From contig NC_043015.1 in assembly GCF_006345805.1 (NCBI RefSeq), positions 26,908,001 to 26,972,000 of the forward strand: a stretch of DNA of 64,000 nucleotides. Reading direction: 5' to 3'. Position numbers and translations under genes: made by a program. This DNA is from Octopus sinensis. Its lineage: Eukaryota. Positions 38,740-52,371 of the stretch are shown piece after piece. Position 1 is the stretch's first letter; each line of letters starts with the position of its first letter. The notes below the pieces were generated by a model that had not been told where the DNA came from, did not search any database, and saw only the letters and a list, made by a program, of their open reading frames with translations.

Positions 38740-39552
38740 CGTTCCAAAAACAATATGATTTGTAAAACTAACCACCAGTTTTCTGTATAAAAACCAGACA
38801 CGTGCTTAGTTCTACCGATTACATTGGGATTACTTTCAAATGTCTGAGTTCTTACTGCGATTAAAAATGTGCTCGAAATACATCTAGGCAAGACACTACG
38901 TGCCAGTTTGTTTAGCAGGCACATTTGCATATAATAGCCTGCGATATTATATACAAATTTGACATAGATTACAAAGGAAAGGGATGAAATGTGACTGGTA
39001 ACCATACAGAGAGCCATGGAAAGATCCCTGATTCGGTTGTTATTGCAGGAGAATATCCAAAACAAGAGCAGAGTCAGGTGAATACTGAAAGTCCAAGGCT
39101 CACTTGATTGAACATGGCACAAGGTTCACAGAAACAGGTGGAGCCGTGCAATTGTGGAATGATAACCGAGAGATTCGAAGAGATCATTCGGTCACACCGC
39201 CAAGACATTGGTAAGATGATCTACTCAAACACGGCAGATCCAAATTGGGGAAAAGAGGCACAAACAGAGGAGAAATGGAAACGTATTTGGTGCATCGATT
39301 TATAAAGACATCTGATAAGATGCGTGCGCACGTGTGTGCACGCGCGCGTCTGTGTGTGTATGTGTGTGTATATGTGTGTTTCTGAACTTGTGTGCGCAAA
39401 TTAATTACTAAAAAGTTTCGATGAAAAATGTCATTATTCATTAGTGTGTGTATACACCCACCCCCACACGTTACGTATATGTATATGAGTGTGTGTTTGT
39501 GCGCGCATGTGTGCGTACGTACACACACAAAATCCCTCACCCCCATAATAGT

Positions 39553-39626
<74 letters not shown>

Positions 39627-40099
39627 TGATTTATTGGGTTGAAAGCTATTAGATGTTAACGTCCCATTTCCGTGAATCCACGCTTCATCTCCTGAATGTC
39701 GTAGCGGAACCAAAGAATAACAAATACTAGATCTTCAATTCACCTTCAACCATTATTTCTTCCACTATAACTGCCGTCTGTCGAGGCGTATACTTAAATA
39801 AACTCGAAACTGAAAGCAACTAACTTTCAGCCCAATAAATTATTTATACTCTATTTCATGTGTTGAGTGTACTTTCTCCCATTCATTATTACTAATATGA
39901 ACGGGCAAGTACATCACTATTCATCCGTCTATAAAAATTTGTATCGTAATAAATGCTCTGCAGTATTTCTTCCGGGATTCTATGTTTTAAGTTCAAATCC
40001 CGAAAAGGTTAACCTTATCTTTCGTAAAAGATAAAATAAAGTAATGCTATACGCACAACATATTAGACGGGAAAATATTCCTAACATCAGGCTATAACA

Positions 40100-40470
40100 A
40101 GTAACCTTAGATGCCAAGAGACTTCTTAATATCCTGTCTCTAATAGTACTGTTTTCTGAAGCTGCACTATCTACTTTTTTATGCCTATTTCCTCTCTCTA
40201 TCTGTTCAAATCTTTAGGGGTAGACACTAATGCACCTATAACTACAGGAATACATTTTATCCGCACTTTCTATAGTCTCTGTAACTTAATGGCTACGTCC
40301 TGATATTTTGCAATTTTTTTTATATCTCTCATATTACTTTCTCATCATTTGGGACTGTAAAGTCAACTATCTGACACTTATTTTCTTTGTCTACTACTAC
40401 AAAATAAGGCTTCTAGCTAATATTACTCTATCCATCTGAATGTTAAAATCCCACATCTTATACTTTTTAC
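40100..40470 (-). pseudogene. Old R4/Dong-like RLE-domain fragment
   Basis: MWDFNIQMDRVILA...IVDFTVPND...IPVVIGAL. Confidence 0.65.
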
Positions 40471-40539
40471 TTTAATAGGTTCATGTTCATAATACTTATC
40501 AGTATATTATTTTTTTTTAATTTGCAAGTTTGTTACAAT

Positions 40540-41265
40540 CACTTGCTGAGACACACCCTGCGTCATGGGGCGAGTGAAAGATAAGAGATGTTACAATTTG
40601 ACTGAAAGTTTGGGGAGAGGATAGCAGCGAAATAACTTCATGTAATGCAACTCAAACATTGAAATGGATAGGGCTTTTCTAAGGATGTGGGCAGTACTTG
40701 TTAGCACAATCTTTTGGAGTGCTCTGAGACATGGTTCTCCTGGGATCTTAGCTATGTGTTTCTGACATACCTTTTTCACTATACCTAGGACACCTACAAT
40801 AACAGGAAGAGTTCTCATTTTAAGATGACACATCTCTATTTCAATTTCCAAGTCCTTATATTTACTTAATTTGTCAAATACCTTTACAGATATATTTTTA
40901 TCAGTGAGAAAACTTACATTTATTAGTGTACAAGTATTTTATTTACTCTTTAATAATTATGTCTGGTCGATTAGCCTGGATCGTTCTGTCAGTGTTGACT
41001 GGAAAATCTCAGAGGATAGTGACATTGTTACCTTTAATGACTGGCTCGGGGTGATGTTCATACCAGTAAGCAGGAGTGTTGGTTTTGTAGTGTTTACATA
41101 GTTTCCAATGTAAATACTCTCTTACCCTATCGTACCGAGTTTTGTATTCGTTCGGTGTCAGCACAGGACATCCCGTGACGAAATGTTCTATTGTTTCGTC
41201 AAATGTGTTGCAGATTCTGCATTTAGTGTAAGAACCGATTTGAATGTTAGCCTGGTAGTTTTTTG
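40540..41265 (-). mobile_element. R4/Dong-like 3' portion, second family
   Basis: CRICNTFDETIEHFVTGC knuckle; TDRTIQANRPDII; LPVIVGVLG; TAHILRKAL. Confidence 0.8.
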
Positions 41266-41281
41266 CATTATTGTTAGTGAA

Positions 41282-41490
41282 AAGGCGGCGTCCTGGCAGA
41301 ATCGCTAGCGCGCGGGACGAAATACTTAGCGGTATTTGGTCTGCTGCTACGTTCTGAGTTCAAATTCCGTCCAGGTCGATTTTACCTTTCATCCTTTCTG
41401 GGTCGATAAAATAAGTACCTGTTGAACACTGGGTTCGATGTAATCGACTCATCCCCTCCCCCAAAATTACTGCCCTAGTGGCGAAATTTA
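41282..41490 (+). mobile_element. SINE family 2
   Basis: AAGGCGGCGTCCTGGCAGAATCGCTAGC head; shared core; (TTA)n tail. Confidence 0.8.
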
Positions 41491-41678
41491 CCATTATTAT
41501 TACTATTATTATTATTTTATTATTATTATTATTATTATTCAGTAGTTTTATTTTTATAGCGTGCTTTCACTTCACTACCGAGCGCAGCTCTGTGTGCCTT
41601 GGGTATGTGCTGTGATTTGTTGTGATGCTCTGATGGTTATTGTATGGAAAGTGTTCTGCGTAGGATGTGTGCAGTGCC

Positions 41679-41752
<74 letters not shown>

Positions 41753-42872
41753 GCCTTTGCACTGCTTCTAACGCTGGAGATGTACTACGGTATCAGCTGT
41801 TCACTACCAGTGAACTAAGGTAACACCTCTTATTTTTCGAGCACCTTCCCGAGCATTCGAGCGGTTCCATGCAGTGCTGTTTCTGCAAGTGATCCACCCT
41901 TATTGCAGCCCCTATTTATTCCATGTACTTCTCAATAGTTTTACTCACTGTTCCCAGGGCTCCGACAATTATTGGTACTACTTCAACCTTTCTCAGCGAT
42001 CACAACTGCTTAACCTCCCAAGTTAATCTGTCGTATCTATTGACTTGTCTTTCTTCCTTATCGCATACCTTGTTGTCAGCTGGGCATTGCTTTGTTTCTC
42101 AACTAAGACTATGTCTGGCTTCGTATTCTCTATCTCATGGTCGCACTGAATCATAAAATCCCACAGGATCTTTGCATTATCATTTTCGATGATACCATCG
42201 GGTTTGTGGTCGTACCAATTTTTTTGTTTTGTCAAGTCCATACTTGTTGCAAAGTGTCCAATGAACAAGCCTGGTTATATTGTCGTGGCGACTCTTATAT
42301 TCCTTCTAGGATAGTGGCGTACATTGGCTGGTAATATGCCATACGGTTTCACCATTTCATCTACAAATTCTGCACTTATCACTTTCTGGTGTGTTGTCTA
42401 TTCTGTATTTTATGTAGTTTGTAAAGAATAAAAAGTTTTGATTGGTACAACAATGCACTATAATACAGAAAATGAGCTATATATCTGTTGTAATTGAGTC
42501 ATCCATAATCTGATATGACATTTCGGAATAATATTCTTTCTTCAGATATTCTTAGATGTAGTCGCTGCTATAATCGGTTTTCTAATGGCTTCTCTTTTTT
42601 TGTGTGTAAGCATCTCAGCAGTGGTCTCACGATGCTCTTTCCGGAATTCTTCATGAGAAGTGTGTGAGGTCGGCCATGTCTCAATCTCGTGTGTGCTGGT
42701 ACATCCGTAGCGCTGCTTTTAAGTTCTAAGTTCTAAGTTTTGTAGTTTGATCTTAACGCTTGCTGTTGGACAGCACAGATTATAGCCTCTGTTTCCGGTT
42801 TTAAATCACTTTTAGTCATCCACAGCCATCTTTTTCCTCTGTCTGTCTTATCTTCAACAGTTCTATGAATGT
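41753..42872 (-). mobile_element. R4/Dong 3' portion (same family as 18174-19636), interrupted by an insertion
   Basis: Reverse-complement match to ~18840-19636; (TAA)n tail at 41679-41752. Confidence 0.88.
42422..42740 (+). mobile_element. 319-bp nested retroposon fragment with (TAAGTTC)n tail and 9-bp TSD
   Basis: TGTAGTTTG at 42413-42421 and 42741-42749. Confidence 0.65.
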
Positions 42873-43095
<223 letters not shown>

Positions 43096-43278
43096 AAAAT
43101 TTTAAGCCCCTGGGTATGATGGAAAGTGTCAGCTGTCCATAGCTAGCAGACTAAGGTGACATATTTTCACTGGTCATGTCTCAAGAGCTCTACGCAGAAT
43201 TCTTGCAGTTCCAAGCAATGATGATTTCTGTAGATGTTCTATCCCTACATTTGTATTATCCTTTTATCATCATCATCG

Positions 43279-43339
<61 letters not shown>

Positions 43340-44610
43340 TATTAATACTATTATTAGACTTTATTATTATTATCATTATTACTATTATTATTATTATTAT
43401 TAGACATTACCTCATTTGCTATGTAAAAGACATGCTTTTTGTATTTTTAAACTTCAATCAAAACCTTCTCGCTGCAATCCTGTATTATGCTTTACGTTCT
43501 GAGTTCAAATTCCGCCGAGGTCAGTCTTGCCTTTTATCCTTTTGGAGTCGATAAAAATAAAGTACCAGACTAGTACTTGCTACTATGAGTTAACAAAAAT
43601 CACTCAGCCCACATTTCAGCCTACTGTAGAAAGGATAACAGATAATGTCTTACAGAAACACAGATTACGGTGGATTAAATAGCTTGTGGATTATATCAAC
43701 CTCCAGTATGTGATTGGTACTTTATTTTATCGCATACCAGACGTATGAAGAGAAGCCTGGTGGAATTTGGACTTAGAGTGTAAAGAGCTGAGACAAATTG
43801 TGCAAGTCAATTCTCAAACATTGTAACGACTCGGTCGAGAAAGGAAGGAATAGTGGCAAACGCCAATGTTTGGATGATTTCACGGAGACTTAATCATTGT
43901 CCGTTGTTTTTACTTATATATATATATGTGTGTGTGTGTGCGTGTGTGTGTGTACGTGTGTGTATGTATGTGTGTGTAGATATACAAATGGCGGTGCCCC
44001 AACATGGCCACAGCTCATGAGCTGAAACTAGAATCAATCAATCAATCATACATATACGTTTATATATATACACACATACATACATACATGCACACACACA
44101 CATATATACACATCTATACGTACAGATAAGATTGGTTGGAATTACCTTCAGCGTCCTGATACAGGCTGTCGACATCTCACTAAATCACAAATCTCCATAC
44201 ATGAGGCAGGAGTAAAGCACCTTTCTGTCTCTTCTGTACTGAAAGAGGACCCCATTAACATTCGCTCAGAGCTGGAGAGAAGCTCACTACACTGAAACAT
44301 CAACGAGTGTGTTTAGCAGCAAACAACAAATCTCATTAAAGACCTAAATTCCCCAGAGAATATCATACCAACGGAACGCCACTCAAGCGGAGGAATGTAC
44401 TCAGATTCCATTAAACAGCCGATCATTTGAGGACTGACTGTGACCTGAGATGGACATACGTAGAAGTAGATTAGTCCTGGCTATGTCAACTAAAACTCAA
44501 TAAGCGAAGGAGTCCGACGTTGAAAGAGTTGACACCTCATAAAACCGTAGAAATGTCTCTGATGATGCACCACTCAGAACTTCTGTGATACGGTGTGTGT
44601 ATGATTGTGA

Positions 44611-44690
<80 letters not shown>

Positions 44691-44943
44691 GATATATTAT
44701 ATATAGAATTATATACAATATATATATGTATACATATATAGTTAATCCAAACAAGAAAGCACAAAAAAAACACAACAACGCGAGGGGGAACAAATATAGT
44801 ATTATTGAACGTTCAGAAAGAAGGAGAGAAGGAGGGTTAACGTTTCGAGCGGAGCTCTTCGTCGGAAACATAGGAGGTATATATATATATATATATAATA
44901 TATATAATATATATGTGTGTATATATTATTGTATGTTTAGTAT

Positions 44944-44983
<40 letters not shown>

Positions 44984-45077
44984 ATATATATATATATATA
45001 TATAATATATTATATAATATATAATATATATTTAAGTATATTTATCAATTAATCATTTTATTATTCTAGTTTATTTT

Positions 45078-45165
45078 TAACCTGATGAGTGGCTATATTT
45101 ATATCGAAGTGATTTTACTACCACTATAATCATTTCTTAAATATAGCACGAAACACGAGTCGTTA
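45078..45165 (+). ncRNA. Type I hammerhead ribozyme motif with long stem II
   Basis: taac-CTGATGA-gtggctatattta...taaatatagcac-GAAAC-ACGA-GTC-gtta; predicted cut after 45161. Confidence 0.82.
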
Positions 45166-45368
45166 TTCTACCAATTATATACATTATTATTTGTTTGCAA
45201 TTACTTAATCATTGATACTTTATTGCTATTTTGATTTTAATTACAATATCATATTTAATTTTCTAGATGGTTAATTTAATTGTTCATTTTGAATTGATCA
45301 AGGTGTTTTTTCTAATTTTTTATATATATATTATATTATATTATACCTAATATATATATATGTATGTG

Positions 45369-45448
<80 letters not shown>

Positions 45449-46132
45449 ATATATATATACATATATGTGTGAGCATATATATTCGTGCATATATATACAT
45501 ACACATACACACACACATGCATACATACGCACGCATATAAATACATCTTTATCTGCACACCGACCCATATACACATATGAATATATACAGATATATGCGT
45601 ACACATACACATACATACGCGTACACGCATACATCTACATAGATGGAATTATTTATTGGATTCAGGAAGAATTTTTCCTTTGTTTTTAATTTTATTTTAA
45701 TAATACAATTTATGTTACTTCATAAAGTATATTTTAAAATAAATTCTTCCTGCAACTTCATCTTTTCGTCTTCTTAATCTATTTTCTTGAAAGGCAGTTC
45801 TTTCTTGATTCCTGCAACTACAGAGAGATGCCCCGATTTTTACACCATCTTGTAATTAGGACATTTTATGATTAGCCATAAATTGTTAAGAGTTGTTTTT
45901 ATTCTTGTTGGTTTAGATGCTATTGTTGTTGTTGTTGTTTTGGTTTTTGTTTAGCCTAAAGTCAATCGTGATTAAGTAGAACTATGGCTACAGGCATTCC
46001 AACGTGACATTCTTTAGAGATAACTGGGACTACATTATCTACCGTGTTTTTTCCTTCAGATAAGCGCAATGTGTATTGTTAGTGTGTGTGTTTGCGCGCG
46101 CTCGCGTGTGTGTGTATGCGCGCGAGCGCGCG

Positions 46133-46189
<57 letters not shown>

Positions 46190-46419
46190 ATGCGTGTGTT
46201 TATGATTTGAAGAATCTTGCTATTATTTCTAGCTGGCTGAACGTCTACTCATAGGATGCTCCATCGTTAGAGCTATTCTGTCATCAGATCGATTTGCAAT
46301 ACTTGGTACAAGAGTTGTAGTTGTTGCTGTCGCTGTTGCTATTATTAGATTTGTTATTATTGTTGTTGTCATTGTCGTTGTCGATCCTTGACGTGGTCGT
46401 CGGCCCAGATCTTGCTGGT

Positions 46420-46890
46420 CGCTCGCTGAACAAATATACAATGTTGAAAGCAGTAAATCATGGCGAGGACTTCTATGCCATACGGAATGGAATCTCCTGA
46501 GTGGTTTCGAGGACTCAGTAGACATCCCAGCATGAACAAAACAACCAGAAATTCTGTGGAAGAGTTGTTTGACGCCTGATATCGGATGCCATTCCAGTTC
46601 ATCAAAACAACTGATTTTTATTGTACTCACCCTGTCGTTTGAAAGTATAACATAAAAGACTCACGTGTTGAAGGCCGAAAAATACACCAGTCTGGTCAAC
46701 AGCCTGAAGGAAACTTCTGGGACAAGGTTCTCGCCATAGAGGTTGGAGCCAGAGGTTTTGTGGGAAAATCTGTTAACGATCTAATGGAACAATTCTCAGT
46801 CTCTCGGAAGAAGAAGACCAAAGACCAAAAGGCAATATCCGAGACAGCGGAGAGATTTTCCGGCAGGGTCTGGTCGAAGAGGAACAAGAA
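46420..46890 (+). pseudogene. HERO-like non-LTR element RLE-domain fragment
   Basis: LTPDI...SKQLIFIVLT...KAEKYTSL, then AIEVGARGFVGKSV...ISETAERFSGRVWSKR; stop and frameshift. Confidence 0.7.
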
Positions 46891-47578
46891 CGACCTCCAT
46901 ATCGTTTAAAGACAATATTTCAGTATTTTAGCGTTAAGAGAAGTAACTGTGAAGGAATTATTTTGGTAGCGTGACGTTTCGCTGTTACCTTGGCAGCCAA
47001 CGTTATTTCTTCTTTAAATTTGATAGCCGAGTCATTGGAGAAGAACTACAATTAGATGAAATCTCCAAGCACTTTGAATAACAAGTCTCCGATATCCTAG
47101 TAGATAAAATTGTCGGCAGAACGGCTCCTAGGAATCATGGCCTGATTATGGCCTGCTTCCTCTTAAAGTGTAAGAAATTAAGGGCCGAAATACTTGCCCG
47201 AGTGGGGTTTCTTCTCTGAAGACCTTTCTACTATTCAGCTCTCTTGACAGTTTCTTATCACTTTCACGTTACATCTAACCATTTTTACTCCAGAAATATA
47301 AGACTATATTATCTGTTATCCTTTACTTGTTCCAGTCTGATGCTTATTCTATCTCTATTCGCTTACCGAACCGCTAAGTTACGGGAAGTCACGGAAACGA
47401 CATTGCTTATAAAACAGTGGGAGACACACGCACACATACGAACACACACACGCACACACACGCACACACACGCACGCGCGCGCGTACACGCACCACACAA
47501 CTTTTATACGTGTATATATATATATATATATTATATATATATATATTATTATATATATATATAATATAATATATATAT

Positions 47579-47629
<51 letters not shown>

Positions 47630-47708
47630 GGGGGAGTTTACGAAAAAAACAGGTAGTAGTGTAAAACAAACAGATGTATTAGTATATCACTCAGGAACAG
47701 AGAAAGTC

Positions 47709-47742
47709 GTTTACGTTTCGAGCCTACGCTCTTCCACAGAAA
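47709..47742 (-). ncRNA. Degenerate minimal hammerhead-like motif
   Basis: ttt-CTGTGGA-a-gagc-gtag-gctc-GAAACGT-aaac; architecture like the 31561 family. Confidence 0.35.
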
Positions 47743-48359
47743 GGGACACAGAAAAAAGAAGGAGAGAATCAAGTAGAGAAAAAATATGTGTAGTGGCTAA
47801 CGATCTATCATGGCGACTGACTTGGACAGAAGGGTCACACACGAGAAGGAAAGTAGGGGAGATAACAAAGTAAAGATGACCCCCAACACGAAGGTGCGTG
47901 TGTGTATAAGAGAGTATGTATGTGCGTGTGAAAGAGGGCTGGTGGTCTGGACGTTTGCGTGTATGTATGTGTAGGTGTGAAAATGTGGGTATGGGTGTGT
48001 GGGTGGTGTATTGTGATGTGATATGTAATGTTGTATGGTGTAGTGTGGTGTGGTGTGATGTTGTTGGGAGGTGGGGTTCGGCTGAGGGTTGGGGTAGAGT
48101 TGTGGTTTGTGGGTAAGCAGAGGGTGGAGGTAGAGGTGGGGTATGTGGGAGAGGGTGTGTGGGATAGGATGGAGGAATGGTTGGGGGGATGGGAAGGATA
48201 GGGAAGTTGGAGTAGGAATGTGTAGAGGTGGGTGGGCTTACGGGAGGAGGGGAAGGTGGGTATGTGAGGAGAGAGAGGAGGAGAGAAGAGAGAGAGTAAG
48301 AGAGAAGAGAGAAAGAGAGAGTGAAAGAGTAAGAGAGAAGAGAGAAAGATATATATAAT

Positions 48360-48404
<45 letters not shown>

Positions 48405-50377
48405 CCGTCCGGTACAATAGAAGATAATTACCCAATGTACTGTGCAGTAGGATTGATACCTGAAATTTTCTAGTTACACTGCGAGCTTCTCTAAAACCCC
48501 TTAGTCATTCCTACGCCTTCGTTATCTAAATTATTCTCCCATTTTCTCCTTTACGGCGGTTTAACATGAAATTCTCTCGTTTCTATCTTCCTTTTAGTCT
48601 TTTCTTTCTTTTCTCTCATTAACCCTCCCCGCCAATATATTACATCATTTGTTCCCCTTTTTGCTAACTTACTTTCTCTCTGTTACTTTCGTCCTTATTT
48701 TATATTTGTTACTCTACTTCAAAAGAGAAAAAGTTAATTCTTATGAGTCTGTAGCGACTTGTATTAATTTCCCATTATATTTTTCTAGATATATTTCGTA
48801 ATCTTCCAGTATTTATTTAAGAATTTCTGACTTTTCGAATCATAAAATTCTCCACGTCTTTGTATTTGCAGCAAATATCAATTTTCTATACCGGATTTTC
48901 GGTGATGAATTCTAAATACAGTCACCAATATCATTATTGTTTATTCCTGAAGTTAAATCTGCCTCCATCCTTCCGGGGACGAACTTCCATGGTCGATGAA
49001 TAAAAATATCCGTCATATACTGGGATCGAGATATCGTCTATACAGCTACACTCAAAATGGTTGGTTATGAGTCCACAACAGAGGCCATTATTATTGTTGT
49101 TCTCTTGACTAATCTAATCCAGATTATTCAATCGGTAACCAGAGAGAAGATTGTAATTCTCGGCACAAGCATATCTGTCAGGGTAAGAAATTAAGTTCGT
49201 AACCTCGTCGTTTCGGGATCAATCCAAATGCACTGCACGTTGAGAAACTGTCTACTTTTATAGCTCCAGGCTGACCGATGCCTTGTGGGAGAATTTGGTA
49301 AAGGTAGAAGGAAACTGTAATGAGGCTTGTCACACATATGCGTGTGTGCGCGCATGCATATTTATGCTAGCATTTATCTCCCAGCACTTGACAAGTGATG
49401 TTAGCCCGAACATGTTCCCCTAACTTAGCGGTTCGGTTAAAAGACCCAATAAAATAAACCCAGGCTTAAAATAATTACTGAAATTAATTTATTCAACTAA
49501 AACTGTTCAAGACTGGGCTCCAGCGTGGCCGCATTCCAATGACTATGACAAAATTATAAAATAATTAATACATTATTACTGTTGGAATATTGATTCCTAT
49601 CATTGAAATTCCTGTCTTGAATCTCTTCTATTGTAGAGGTAGAAATGCACGTATTGAGGAAAATGTGACTCATATTTCTTATAGGTTAAGAGACGAGGCG
49701 AAGATTTCCTTGTTTTCTCAGTTATATGAAGATCCAGTTAATATTAACTAACGACGCACTCTAAATGTTTAGCTTATATGACTGGCTTACATTGAAGCAC
49801 AGAAGCGTTGGTCAACAGAGAATAAATATCCCCTTCATCAGAGCGAAACACTCCAGAATTTCTTGGACACTTAACTTATTGTTATTTGGGTGTTAACGAA
49901 TGTTAACAACCAAATTAAGAGAATGAGCAAAAGATAATTCATTTGATTCAAATGAGCGTATTGACGAGGTAAGCTAGACAAGAAGTCAATGAATAACTTT
50001 TAATCAAATCTAGTCAAATCTAGACAACTTTGAAATTTATATCAGAATTGTGCATACATGAATTGAGGAAAAGGGAAATATCTTAGAGGCAAAGAGATTT
50101 AATATGAGAATTGGTTTAATGCATTGTGTGCCATTAGAGGAATCTGCTCTGTTGCAAACTTTTAGATTTCGTCTTTGATATGAGGATAATTTCTTACTTA
50201 AGTCCAACACTCTTGTGAAATTCTAAAATAGCATTCACTTCAGGATTCATTATTCTGATTAAGCCATATTTCTTTTAAAAAGTACGGTAGTAATAATGTT
50301 GAAGTTTCAGTCTGATAAACGTCCTCGGTGAAGCTCGGCCCAGCAACTTGTCAGCATTTAATATACAAGGATTGGCA

Positions 50378-50570
50378 AGGCGGTGAGCCCGCCGGGCGAA
50401 ATGCTTAGCAGTATTTCGTCTGTCTTTACGATCTGAGTACAAATTCCACCGAGGTCGACTTTGCCTTCTATCCTTTCGGGGTCGATAAATTAAGTACTAG
50501 TTGCGTACTGGTATCGATCTAATCGACTCCCCAAATATTTCGGGCCTTGTGCTTAGCGCAGAAATGAATA
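50378..50570 (+). mobile_element. SINE family 2
   Basis: Shared core; flanked by the direct repeat AATATACAAGGATTGGC (TSD-like). Confidence 0.82.
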
Positions 50571-51122
50571 TACAAGGATTGGCGTAACTTACGTTTGATT
50601 AGTTTCAGTATAGAGCGCTAAGTTAAGATAAAATATTTGTCTTTTATTTAGAGTAACAGCAACAGTAAATAATAAGGAAACTTAATGAAGAAAAAATTTC
50701 GGCAGATAATTCTGAAGACAAAATCAAAATGAAAGAACAGAGGAAAAACCAAAGTAGACAAATAACCATAGAATAAGGAAATAAATAAAATAAAAGCACT
50801 TTTACAAATCACTTTTGCGAAATTTCGACAAATCAAATCCCACGTAACTCTTATAATTTTGTTAAAACAACAAACGCTGATTTCTTCAGCGAATTTTTAC
50901 TTCATTACTTTGTTTTGTTTTTATTATTCTTGAAATTGTAGAATTGTTTTGCAGACCTTCCATTTACTGAAGAGAACATGTGTGTGTGTGTGTGTGTGGT
51001 GTGTGTGTGTGTGTGTGTGTGGGTGGTGTGTGTGTGGTGTGTGGGTGTGTGTGTTGTGTATGTGTTTGTGTGTGTGTGTGTGCGTGTATGCGTATGATGT
51101 TGTATGTTTGTGTATATATAAT

Positions 51123-51161
<39 letters not shown>

Positions 51162-51192
51162 CTATATATATATATAGTTATCGCCATACTAT

Positions 51193-51659
51193 ACTTGGGA
51201 GCGCTGTTGGATAGAAATTCCTTCAGCTGGAAATCTCGATATGTCAGTATTCGGAGATATAAGAGTTCCATAACTACATTTCTATTATATATATATATAT
51301 ATATACATATATATATTTATTTATTTATTGCGTGTGTGTGTGTGTGTGCGTGTACATTTATTAATGTCTATATATGCCTATACGCGTCAATCTTTGTGAA
51401 CTAAGCTGCACATTCGTAGAACTTGTATAGTTTTTACCAAGATCCTGGAACATGTTTGCTCCAAGCCACACCCCCAGCCAAGACAGTTCCTACGTAAAAA
51501 GAGGGAAGAATCCGATGGTAACATATATTAATAACGAGTTACAGAGCTGCCGCAAACCTTGCAGTGAAAGAAATGTAGTTATGGAACTCTTATATCTCCG
51601 AATACTGACATATCGAGATTTCCAGCTGAAGGAATTTCTATCCAACAGCGCTCCCAAGT
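51193..51659. repeat. 91-bp inverted repeat pair
   Basis: 51193-51283 is the reverse complement of 51569-51659; identical peptide MELLYLRILTYRDFQLKEFLSNSAPK in opposite-strand ORFs. Confidence 0.9.
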
Positions 51660-52019
51660 GTTTCATCAGAAATTCTCCAACGGTGAAGGCGTGCCGCTTA
51701 GTAGTCATGCATAAGATCATAAGATCATGGATTCGATTCCCGGGAAGGAGGGTGCGTTGTGTTTTTGAGCAAAACACTTCATTAAACTTTACTCCAGTGT
51801 GCTAAGCATCAAATGAGTTAAAAGCGCCTGTTTGGGAACTCCATCCTGCGACGGATCTGTCTCCTCTTCATGAGTATTGTGTTCTTTAACAGCTCCATAC
51901 TGTTCAGTTCAAAACTGAGTAAACAAAAAATATTATCCAGCAACATTTATCAATTTTTCTTGTAAATTCATTTCATTAAAATGTCTACAATTTACTGTTC
52001 ACTCTCTCTTTCTCTCTCT

Positions 52020-52066
<47 letters not shown>

Positions 52067-52145
52067 CACAGGCACACAAAAGGGAAACAAACACAGACAC
52101 ACAAACACACACATATACGCACGCACGCACACACACACACACACA

Positions 52146-52191
<46 letters not shown>

Positions 52192-52193
52192 GC

Positions 52194-52226
<33 letters not shown>

Positions 52227-52228
52227 TA

Positions 52229-52371
52229 TACGACGGTCTTCTTTCAGTTTCCGTCTACCAAATCTACCCACAAGGCTTTGGTCGGTCCGAGGCTATAGTA
52301 GGAGAAACTTGCCAAAGGTGCCACGCAGTAGGACTGATCCCAGAACCATGTGGTTGGTAAGCAAGCTACTT
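52229..52371 (-). mobile_element. SINE family 1, 3' part (box B and body), including TSD 52357-52371
   Basis: Reverse strand AAGTAGCTTGCTTACCAACCACATGGTTCTGGGATCAGTCC...GGAAACTGAAAGAAGACCGTCG. Confidence 0.88.

Larger units (their letters stand above)
37989..38852 (-). repeat. Two ~320-bp direct repeats, period 544 nt, each with a hammerhead
   Basis: 37989-38308 versus 38533-38852. Confidence 0.9.
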
